From sequence record CP084607.1: a stretch of 32,000 bases of DNA. One strand, 5' to 3'. A program made the position numbers and the translations under genes. Of the stretch, positions 20,256 to 30,121 are shown in pieces. The number at the start of each line of letters is the position of its first letter. Within the stretch, counting starts at the first letter, position 1. A model generated the notes under the pieces. It had not been told where the DNA came from and made no database searches. It saw nothing but the letters and a program-made list of their open reading frames with translations.

Positions 20256-21056
20256 TTTAGTCAAATAAAAAGTATTCCAGCTTAATTTCGTGAAGACCAA
20301 ATCACACGTGCCCTTTGTCTTTTTTGTTTCCAAAAAAGACACCAAATTTATGAAGTTGTAACTCTTCAACTCAATAACAAACTTTTAACTAAACTTTCAG
20401 TTATTTTTTATAAAAGAAAGTTTGTTGTAACTTTGCTTTTTATAGATGCCAAGTTATATATAGTCCTTTGCTGAAATTGAAAACTATTTACTGCTTGAAG
20501 TGACGTCTTGTTTCCAATTTTGAGGACCAAAGTGGATTTTTAAAAAATTGACGCAAATTTTTTGTTAAAGTTAAAGCAAAAAAAAAGCTTTTCAAGGTAT
20601 TTAGCAACTAGACCAGAAGAGAAAAATTATGGATGTCTTTTCAAAAGGTTTTGTTAGTCAGGTTTCTATTCAAAAATTACTCACAAAGTAATCTACTAAA
20701 AATTTCTACAAAAAGAAAAGTTATGGTATACTAGAAGCAAGAAAAAAATGTGAAGTAAAAATTTTAATTTTTAAAAAATCTTTGGTAATCTTACAAAAAT
20801 TAATTTTCTTTTCCTTAAAAAGGATATAGTTTTGGTGCCTTTTTTGAGGTAAACAAAAGGCAAAAAGTTCTTTTCCGTGAAAAAAAATATTTTTTTCATG
20901 GTTTTTCCAAAAATTTTAATAAATTTTGGAAAAACTTTTACTCAAAATTGTGAACAATTTTGAGAACCGACAGCCTTAAAGAATTCTTGAACTAAAAAAA
21001 GAAACTTCACATAAAAGAAAGAAAGTAAAAAACAAAAACATAGAGAGAATTTTACG

Positions 21057-21655
21057 ATGGGTTTACCATGGTATCGTGTTCATACAGTAGTTTTAAATGA
21101 TCCAGGTCGTTTAATTGCTGTACATTTAATGCATACTTCATTAGTTTCTGGTTGGGCAGGTTCAATGGCCTTTTATGAACTTGCTGTTTTTGATCCTTCT
21201 GATCCAGTTTTAAATCCAATGTGGCGTCAAGGTATGTTTGTTTTACCTTTTATGACACGCTTAGGTATTACTCAATCTTGGGGTGGTTGGACTATTAGTG
21301 GTGAGACTGCTTCTAACCCAGGTATTTGGAGTTATGAAGGTGTAGCTGCCGCTCACATTGTTTTATCTGGTTTACTTTTTGCTGCATCAATTTGGCACTG
21401 GGTTTATTGGGATCTTGAACTTTTCCGTGATCCACGAACTGGAAATCCTGCACTAGATCTTCCAAAAATTTTTGGTATTCACCTTTTTTATCTGGTGTTC
21501 TTTGTTTTGGTTTTGGAGCTTTCCATGTAACTGGAATCTTTGGCCCTGGTATTTGGGTTTCTGATCCATACGGCATTACAGGAACAGTTCAAGCAGTAGC
21601 GCCTTCATGGGATGCTACAGGATTTGATCCATATAATCCAGGTGGAATTTCGGCT
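21057..21655 (+). CDS. psbB: photosystem II CP47, exon 1 (one frame break as given)
   Basis: [37 protein letters not shown]...[12 protein letters not shown], then a frame break in the T6 run at 21485-21490. Adding one T gives [56 protein letters not shown], ending at 21655. Confidence 0.93.
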
Positions 21656-21753
21656 TAACTAGATGGGCCCTTCTCGTTGTAAAATGAGATGAAAAACTTC
21701 GCTATATGCTGGAACGTTTCGCTTAACCTCTACTGTTCTTTTTCAAAAATGTT

Positions 21754-21903
21754 CATTTAGTGCCTTTTTTGAGGTCAAAAAAGGCAACGGGACTAACACA
21801 CAGTTCCAAAAATATTTTTAGCACATTTAGTGCCTTTTTTGACCTCAAAAAGGCAACGGAACAGAACAGAAAATTTTTTTCTTTGAAAAAAAAAAAATTC
21901 AAG
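21754..21903. repeat. SDR modules inside the 5' part of the psbB intron
   Basis: CATTTAGTGCCTTTTTTGAGGTCAAAAAAGGCAACGG (21754-21790) is repeated as CATTTAGTGCCTTTTTTGACCTCAAAAAGGCAACGG (21824-21859). A Y-like GAACAGAACAGAAAATTTTTTTCTTTGAAAAAAAAAAAATTCAAGG follows. Confidence 0.8.
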
Positions 21904-22040
21904 GTGACATCCTCTAGTCCAATCCTGAAAAATAGATTGGAAAAATCTATGAGGTAGAAATAATCAGCAGGAAACTAGGGTTACTTTTTTTTTTTTAATT
22001 TTAAAAAATTCCAAATTAAACGAAAAAGAGAAATCAATTT

Positions 22041-23044
22041 ATGATACAGAACAAACTAGGATCCTCAGAGACTACACGCGAAGCACCTCATTTTTTTGAA
22101 AATCAACCCTTGCGCTTTTTTGATTCAAAAAAAAGGCACTTAATTGGGTTTGATTTTGATTTTCAGAATTTTTTATGTCCTGAGCATAAAAAATTTTTAA
22201 ATATTTCTTTTCTTGAATGGTTGATTGGCTTTACTGAAGGAGACCACTGTTTTATTGTTGAAGAAAACCAAGGAAAATTAAAGTTACGTTTTGAGATCAA
22301 TAAAACAGACCCAAAACTTCTTTATAAAATTAGAACAGAATTAGGTTTTGGACGAGTTCTTCTTGGAGATAATCAACAAAATTGCTGGAAGTATACTGTT
22401 TGTGATAAAAAAGGAATTCAACGATTGATTAGTCTGTTTTCTGGAAATTTAATTATTCCTAAACGAATTGCACAATTTGAAAAATGGGTTGAAACTGCTG
22501 TAAATACTTCTATTTGTACATCAAATTTCATCCAAAACGTTCGACCCGTGTCAGAGCCAGTTTCTATCTGTCTGCAAACTGCATGGTTTAGTGGTTTTCT
22601 TGAAGCTAAAGGCTGTTTCTATGTTAGATATTGGCATGCAGCGGCTGGACACTCTTCTGGTTACTTAGAGCAAAAAGTTCAACTAATTAATCCGGATTTC
22701 AAAGCTAATTCAGAAATTTTTCAAAATATAAGTATACTTTTTGATAAATCATTAATACCTCAAATAAAACAAAATGTGGAATATTTTGAAATTTGTTCTA
22801 CGGAAAGCCAGAAAATATTGATTGATTATCTACAACGTTTTCCTTTTCAAGGTGTAAAAAGATTATTTTCCAACGTTGGTATAGAGTTTATCTCTATCGT
22901 GTTGAACGCCGACTAGAACAAGATCTCCTTACAGAAAAAAGTCTGAGAAAACTTATAAGACTTTGTCACGCCATTAATAAGAAAAAAATAAGAACAAAAA
23001 ATGAGGTTGATGATATAGTCCAAAAAACAAAAAGAAACTCATAA
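22041..23044 (+). CDS. double-motif LAGLIDADG homing endonuclease, intron-encoded (one frame break as given)
   Basis: Track ORF 22041..22916 contains FLEWLIGFTEGDHCF (motif 1) and WFSGFLEAKGCFYV (motif 2). Adding one A in the A5 run at 22856-22860 extends it to KKIIFQRWYRVYLYRVERRLEQDLLTEKSLRKLIRLCHAINKKK..., with TAA at 23042-23044 (about 334 aa). That tail is typical of this family. Confidence 0.85.
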
Positions 23045-23275
23045 AATTATTGACCTTGAAAAAAATATTTTTTTTTTTTTCATGGTTCCAAGAACGCTGA
23101 AAAAACGAATGTTTTTTCAAGTTCTGCAGAACCTTTTTTGCAATGAATACAGGTTGTTTTCGTTGACTTTTTTAATGATGTCTTTTTTCTAAACAAAAAA
23201 GAAAAAAAGCGAAGGAACCAATTTTCTTGCCTTTTTTGATGTCATTTCCAAAATTTTCTTAAAATTTTGGACCGG
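23045..23275. repeat. SDR modules inside the 3' part of the psbB intron
   Basis: CCTTGAAAAAAATATTTTTTTTTTTTCATGGTTCCAAGAACGCTGAAAAAACGAATGTTTTTTCAAGTTCTGCAGAACC (Y), then an X-like TGTCTTTTTTCTAAACAAAAAAGA and CTTGCCTTTTTTGATGTC, then a W-like TTTCCAAAATTTTCTTAAAATTTTGGA. Confidence 0.8.
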
Positions 23276-23316
23276 CACCGAATGGGTCACACTTGAGATT
23301 TCAATAGTTTTTTTTG

Positions 23317-24244
23317 CATCACATCGCTGCAGGTATTTTAGGTGTATTGGCAGGACTTTTCCATCTTTGTGTTCGACCACCGCAACGATTATACAACGGT
23401 TTACGAATGGGAAATATTGAAACTGTCCTCTCAAGTAGTATTGCAGCAGTTTTCTGGGCAGCTTTCGTTGTTTCAGGTACTATGTGGTATGGTTCAGCAG
23501 CTACTCCAATTGAACTTTTTGGACCAACTCGTTATCAGTGGGACTTAGGATTTTTCCAACAAGAAATTGAGCGTCGTGTACAAACAAGCCTTTCCGAAGG
23601 TAAATCAGGTTCTCAAGCATGGGCAGAAATCCCAGAGAAATTAGCTTTCTACGATTACATCGGGAATAATCCAGCAAAAGGTGGTCTTTTCCGTGCTGGC
23701 GCAATGAACAGTGTGTGATGGTATTGCAGTAGGTTGGTTAGGTCATGCTGTTTTCAAAGATAAACAAGGAAACGAACTTTTTGTAAGACGTATGCCAACA
23801 TTCTTTGAAACTTTCCCTGTAGTTCTCGTGGATAAAGATGGTGTAGTTCGTGCCGACGTTCCTTTCCGTCGTTCTGAATCCAAATACAGTATCGAACAAG
23901 TAGGTGTTTCTGTTAGTTTTTACGGTGGTGAATTAGATGGTGTAACATTTAGTGATCCAGCAACAGTGAAAAAATATGCTCGACGTGCTCAATTAGGAGA
24001 AATTTTCGAATTTGATCGTGCAACACTTCAATCAGATGGCGTATTCCGCACAAGCCCGCGTGGTTGGTTTACCTTTGCTCACTTATGTTTTGCTCTTCTT
24101 TTCTTCTTTGGTCATATTTGGCACGGTGCTCGTACAATCTTCCGTGATGTATTTGCAGGTATCGATGCTGATCTAGATGAGCAAGTAGAATTTGGTGCAT
24201 TCTTAAAACTTGGGGATACATCAACTCGTCGTCAATCAGTATAA
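23317..24244 (+). CDS. psbB: photosystem II CP47, exon 2 (one frame break as given)
   Basis: [47 protein letters not shown]...[11 protein letters not shown], then [38 protein letters not shown]...[22 protein letters not shown]... One extra nt in GTGTG at 23711-23715 breaks the frame. Exons 1 and 2 corrected give 508 aa. Confidence 0.93.
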
Positions 24245-24295
24245 AACTGCTTCCCACAAAATTATTTCTGTTCCCTCAATTCTCATTGAGACGAC

Positions 24296-24324
24296 CTCAC
24301 CAAAAATTCTGAATTTTTGGTGAG
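24296..24324 (+). terminator. stem-loop downstream of psbB
   Basis: CTCACCAAAAATT-ctg-AATTTTTGGTGAG (13-bp perfect stem), about 50 nt after the psbB stop. A second one, CCTCCAAATTG..CAATTTGGAGG, lies near 24433-24460. Confidence 0.5.
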
Positions 24325-24705
24325 AAGCATGCTGTGAGTAAACTTCAATGTTTTAAAGTGAACAGAGTCTCCTCCCAAAAACTTCTTAGTTGGGGAGAGT
24401 TTAGATTATTGTGAGAAAAAAAGCATTTGCTTTCCTCCAAATTGGTATCAATTTGGAGGACCTACCTCAGTTTGTAAAAATTGAGGTTTGTTTTATTTTA
24501 CTGTTTGTCATTTTATTCTTTTCCAACAAAACAAAGTCATTTCCACTTTTTTAAAGTCTTTTTTTGGCAACTTTACTTTGGTAAAGTTACCAAACTTAAA
24601 CTAACTAGAAAAAGCCAGTTGTTTAAGGTATTCTTTTTGAAAAAAGTGGAACAGGATAAAATCGTTCAAGACTTGTTTTGTTAGTAACAAACGAAAAAAT
24701 TTTTT

Positions 24706-24801
24706 ATGGAAGCGTTAGTTTATACTTTTTTATTAGTTGGAACGTTAGGTATTATCTTTTTTGCTATTTTCTTTAGAGACCCTCCACGTATTGTTAAATA
24801 A
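24706..24801 (+). CDS. psbT: photosystem II protein T
   Basis: Hand-read: ATG at 24706 gives [31 protein letters not shown], with TAA at 24799-24801. It lies downstream of psbB as usual. Confidence 0.9.
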   Translation: MEALVYTFLLVGTLGIIFFAIFFRDPPRIVK

Positions 24802-25082
24802 TTAATCCAATACCGGATTAATTGGATTGCCTTGAAAACTTCCGTTTTTATGGTCTTTCCCAAAATTTTGAGAAAATTTTGGAACCAACCTGAAAAATTT
24901 CATTTTTCTGGGGTCGGTTTACAAAATTTCTCAAAATTTTGGGAAAAGAATCTTCTCTTTTCGACCGAAAAAGGTTTCAATTTAATACCCTTTAGTAATC
25001 TAAATTTTCTAAAAATAAAAAGTTTAAAAAGTTTTTTTGAGATCGAAAACAAATAAACTTAAAAAAAATATACTTTTAAGTT

Positions 25083-25376
25083 ATGGGTTTCGTACTTAAT
25101 TGTGCTTTTATTTTTTATCGTTTTGTTTTTGGGTTTAACTTTAAGAAATTGTTTTTCTCTCGTTGCTGTTATTAGGAAAAGACTTTCTGGAGATTTTACT
25201 TTGCAGGGGTTCCTTTGTAATTGGATAAATTTTTGTTGACTCCTAATGAACTTGCAACAATAAATTCCGTCGAGTTTTTTAACATTTTTCAATCACGCCG
25301 GCCGACAGATCTTTTTACCGAAACAGAATGCTATCAAATATCAACCCTATTAAAACAAAAAAATTCAAATAAATAG
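25083..25376 (+). CDS. hypothetical small membrane protein (candidate only; spans three frames as given)
   Basis: ATG at 25083. Frame pieces are MG.., then SYLIVLLFFIVLFLGLTLRNCFSLVAVIRKRLSGDFTLQGFLCNWINF (stop 25237-25239), then LLTPNELATINSVEFFNIFQSRRPTDLFTETECYQISTLLKQKNSNK (TAG 25374-25376). They join if one T is removed near 25087-25090 and one T is added in the T5 run at 25230-25234. I recognise no family. Confidence 0.25.
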
Positions 25377-25903
25377 ATTTTCGGCCTATACTGCATATAA
25401 TTTTTCTCAAAAATAGCAAAAAAACCAAGCTTCTCATGTAAATTTATTTTTGTTTAGAGCAATTTTTTAAGGAATTCAGTTACTCAAACAAACAAGTCCT
25501 TTGAGAGTTTTACAAATAGAGGAAAACCCCACTAATCAACAGTTTGTTCTGAACATTTTTCCGAGTTAGTACATCTTTACAACTGCAATTTAAGAGCCAT
25601 TTTTCACTTTTTGTGGTTCAGAGAAAGTTTGTTCCAAAGCTTTAATTTTGGTTCTTACGATTCGAATTCTGTGCTATCAATAAAAATTCTTCTTTTTTGG
25701 GATTATTTACTTAGAAACATCTATTAATTTCACACAAATTATTTGAGCATGTTTCAAAATTGGCTAATTAGAATGCGAAAAAAATGAATTTAGACACTTG
25801 TTCGAAAATTTCCTGCGAAAACTAGATTAAAGTTAAGGGATTCTAAAGTATTAAAACAAAAGCCTACCAGGTTAAAACAATACTTTCCATTTTAGGGATG
25901 ATT

Positions 25904-25936
25904 TGCAATTAGACTTTTATTCAAAGTCTAATTGCA
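25904..25936 (-). terminator. 3' stem-loop downstream of psbA
   Basis: TGCAATTAGACTT-ttattca-AAGTCTAATTGCA (13-bp perfect stem), 14 nt after the psbA stop. Confidence 0.65.
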
Positions 25937-25949
25937 GAAATAGAGCTAA

Positions 25950-27017
<1,068 letters not shown>

Positions 27018-27037
27018 TCAAATATTGTTTTTTTTAT

Positions 27038-27058
27038 TCCTATAAAACTCATAGGAAA
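27038..27058 (-). promoter_or_regulatory. stem-loop in the psbA 5' UTR
   Basis: TTCCTAT-gagtttt-ATAGGAA (7-bp stem), 27-47 nt upstream of the psbA start codon. Confidence 0.4.
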
Positions 27059-27097
27059 TTTTTTCCCAAAATTAAGAAAACTTAATTTGTTATATAC

Positions 27098-27127
27098 ACT
27101 ATAACAAAAAAATTGAAAGATAATCAA
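27098..27127 (-). promoter_or_regulatory. candidate sigma70-type (PEP) promoter of psbA
   Basis: On the minus strand: TTGATT (27127-27122), an 18-nt spacer, then TATAGT (27103-27098), with a second TATATA just downstream. It sits about 85 nt upstream of the psbA ATG. This is a motif match only. Confidence 0.3.
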
Positions 27128-27564
27128 GTTATTAAAAAAATAAAAATTAGTTATTTTTAATAATAATAATTTTTTCCTTTTGATTCAGAAGTTTCCGGAT
27201 TTAATGAAATAATTGTAATCCTCAAGAATTAATGTTCCTACTCAAAAGAATTTAATAAGCTACTTTATGGTGTTTACTTTTTATTAAAAAAGGGTTTCAA
27301 CTTACAAAATGTTTTAACACTAAATCCTCGAACCTTTTCAACAAATACGTTTTTAGTGATAGTGTTTCAATAAAAAAATTGAGTTATATACCATTATAAT
27401 TTTTTTTTAATAAAGGGTGGTAATTATCATAAAAAGGTTTTTTTGCTTTTGGTGCCTTTTTTAGATAAAAAAAGGCAAAAAAGTTGTTTTAATTCAAGAA
27501 CATCTATACTATAAGAATCGAAGGTATATGTTTGATCCATCAAACCAAGGTTTGGTTAAATTTG

Positions 27565-27599
27565 TGGTGGCTTTTTAAAAAAAGACTGTAAAGCCACCA
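27565..27599 (-). terminator. stem-loop downstream of the ycf1-like gene
   Basis: TGGTGGCTTT ... AAAGCCACCA (10-bp stem, 15-nt loop), 10 nt after the stop at 27609. Confidence 0.45.
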
Positions 27600-27608
27600 A
27601 TAGTTTTT

Positions 27609-30065
27609 TTAAGATTGGAAGAGGTTTTGTAGTTTTAAATTTGAATTTCCTGGCCAAACGAAACCGCCACGTTTTGGAACTAAATTTGGTTCTTTAAGTT
27701 TTTGCTCTTTCCCTTTCTCACTTAGACTTTCTCTAAACTCCCATTTTTGTAGATTTGCTGGAAGCGTAAAATAGTCTGTTTCGCCAAAAATTTGTTTGGC
27801 TTTTTCATCAAGAGGCTCAAACAAGGTAGTATACCCAATACTTGAACTTCTTTTTGGTTGTTGTAGTTTTTCTTTTGAAAGAGGCCAAACAGAAAATTTA
27901 ATTTTTGGTTCTGCTTTGAATATTGGTTGTCAAATTTTCGACGATTTTCGGGTTCAATATTAACTTTATAACCAGCAAGAGTTGTTGGAAGAAGTTTATT
28001 AGTAATCACAAATTTACGTAAATGCTCATCCCAACCAGCATAAAGTGGTTTAGTCACAAGCTCAATTGGAACAGTCAATTTATCTTTATTTGAACCGAAA
28101 TCTTCGGCATTTTGCGCTAATTCTTCATGGTACGGAGAAAAAATATGTTTATCTTGATATAAAGGCTGATCAAATTTTAATACAGTCTGTTTTTTAGTGT
28201 TTTGTTTTAACATCACCAGAAGCATCGGTTCGTACTGTAAAAAGTCGACGTACTGATCGCAAAGTTCCTTTAAACTGTTGATTATATACTTTATTCGAAA
28301 AACTTTTTGCACCATCAAAAAAATTATCAAAGGTTTCAGCGTATGGAAGTTGAGAATATAATTTTAATGAATTTGAATATGCCTCTAGAGTTTTTCTTTT
28401 TGTATATAAATCCATTTCTTGATCAGGGTTTAACTTAAATTTTCCAGGTTGGCGTTTTAAAAATAAATCAATATCAAGAGCTAAAAGACTTTTATAGACT
28501 GGATTTGAATAATATTTTTGTTTAATTTTTGGCTCAATTTGACTTTCAAATTTTGATTTCTCTCGAATAAAATCTGCTGGAAAACTTGCAGAAGAAATTT
28601 GTGGATAAGGATGTTGTAAACTTTCTAGATTAGACTGGTCTGTATTGCCATCATAAAACTCAAGATATCTTTTTACAATATCTGAATGAGATTCAAATTC
28701 GGCAATAACAGAAGATTGTGGTGTATCCGAAAGTAGGCTATTGCTTTCGAACATCTCTTGATGTTTTAATTCTTTTTGAAAATCACTAGATTTGGTGCTT
28801 TGTTTCTTAAAAAGTTTGGATAAAGTAAAAATACCACTTCGTGAATCGCTAATCCCAGAAACTTTAGTATTTCTGGTTATCCAAGCAAACTCCCTCTATA
28901 GTTCAAATCTTCAAAACTTAATGGTTCATTTACATCTAAAGCGGTTAAATATTCACCACGATCAAAAGGAGATATCTCTAAATCAATATATTTGAAATTA
29001 CTTTCTAATCCGGATAATGCAGTAGTCCCTTTAGCGTAATCTCTAACACGAGTTTGATCTAATAGGGTGTTCTTAAATATACTATCTTGTGAAACAAACC
29101 CTAAAGGACCACTTACCAAGTAATCAAACCCATAAAAAGGAATTGAAGTTAAGCTTAATGCTAAAGCAAATACAAAACTTATCTTATTGGTCCATTGAAT
29201 AAACGAACTTGTAAATAAAGGTGTGTAGAAGATACATAATTTTTTTACTTGAAGGAAAAAAAACCCCCACAAACCAGTAAAAAAGGCTAACCCGATCCCA
29301 ATACCAGAAAGGTAAAGAAAGTGAGTAAAAAAACTTGAAAATGGACTATTACTTGAAAAACTTTCCAAGATTGTAACATTTGAACTAAGGGTAAGGTTAC
29401 CTAAATATTGAAAAACTGAGGTTTGTTCACACCACGCTAAAACAAAACTCACTAAAAAGAAATTTTTATATTTGGGATGAGTCCAGCCCTTTAATTCAAC
29501 TAAATTTTCTCCGGTCATCAAATATATAATTCTAAAAATAAGAATTATTCCAAGAACCCAACTCAAAGGTTCAAAAGTTAACCATGGGATTAAAATGTGT
29601 CGAACTCCGAAAAGAGTACAAGTTAAAAACAGAACCTGTCCAGCTAAATAACCGCCAATTGAATAAATGCCAGAAGGGATTCCTTGAATTAATAATCGAC
29701 GAACAGAAATAATATGAATTACAGAAAAAGGTAAACTTAAAAAAAAACTATTAAAAAAACCCAAAAGAAATTTATTTTGATGTAAATCAGGAATTTCCAA
29801 AAATTCAAAAAAACCTTTGAGGGAGTTTCTAAGAAAAAGTTTCTTTGAAAACAGCAGCAGAAAGTTGCGGTAAAACAATTGGTAACAATGTAAAATCACG
29901 AATCCATTGAAAACTTAAAAAATAAATTAGACCACTCTTAAGTGTGGTGATAATGTATAGTCCAGTTTCAATAATAAAACTACGCAATGTAAGATCTTGA
30001 CCAAGCGTATCACTCACACTATTAAGTGTGTCTACATAATCTCGAATTGTCGTTACAAAAGACAT
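27609..30065 (-). CDS. ycf1: ycf1-like (Tic214-like) large membrane protein, at least 4 frame breaks as given
   Basis: Five overlapping minus-strand ORF pieces (29829..30065, 28877..29899, 28194..28754, 27722..28330, 27609..27824) alternate between two frames. The first and last are in the same frame, and the total span is 2457 nt (819 codons). The N-terminal third is multi-TM, with FLSLPFSVIHIISVRRLLIQGIPSGIYSIGGYLAGQVLF resembling the Ycf1 N-terminal domain. The rest is hydrophilic and K/E/Q/N-rich, as in Ycf1. Confidence 0.6.
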
Positions 30066-30121
30066 AAAAATAATTGCGTTCTATTTCAAAATTGTGGTTT
30101 TAGAAAAAAAATTTTGTCTGG

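Larger units (their letters stand above)
21656..23316 (+). mobile_element. group I intron in psbB carrying a LAGLIDADG homing-endonuclease ORF
   Basis: The CP47 reading frame stops at ...GGISA (21655) and resumes at [16 protein letters not shown] (23317). The exon nt before the intron is T and the last intron nt is G. There is no GUGYG...AY group II signature. R-like element TCAGAGACTACA lies at 22065-22076 and S-like GATGATATAGTCC at 23009-23021; AGACTA/TAGTC can form P7. A Q-like AATCAGCAGG lies at 21962-21971. Confidence 0.85.

Noticed and set aside
21656-23316. A group II intron, or a trans-spliced or duplicated psbB.
   Set aside because: There is no GUGYG 5' end, no domain V/VI-like AY 3' end and no reverse-transcriptase or maturase ORF. 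The boundaries (U|...G|), the R/S elements and the LAGLIDADG ORF fit group I. The two exons are co-linear and complete.
25059-25292. Minus-strand 77-aa ORF from the track (MKNVKKLDGIYCCKF...).
   Set aside because: It has a TTG start, a K-rich low-complexity sequence and no motif. The opposite strand gives a more protein-like, though frame-broken, reading, so I report that one as the low-confidence candidate instead.
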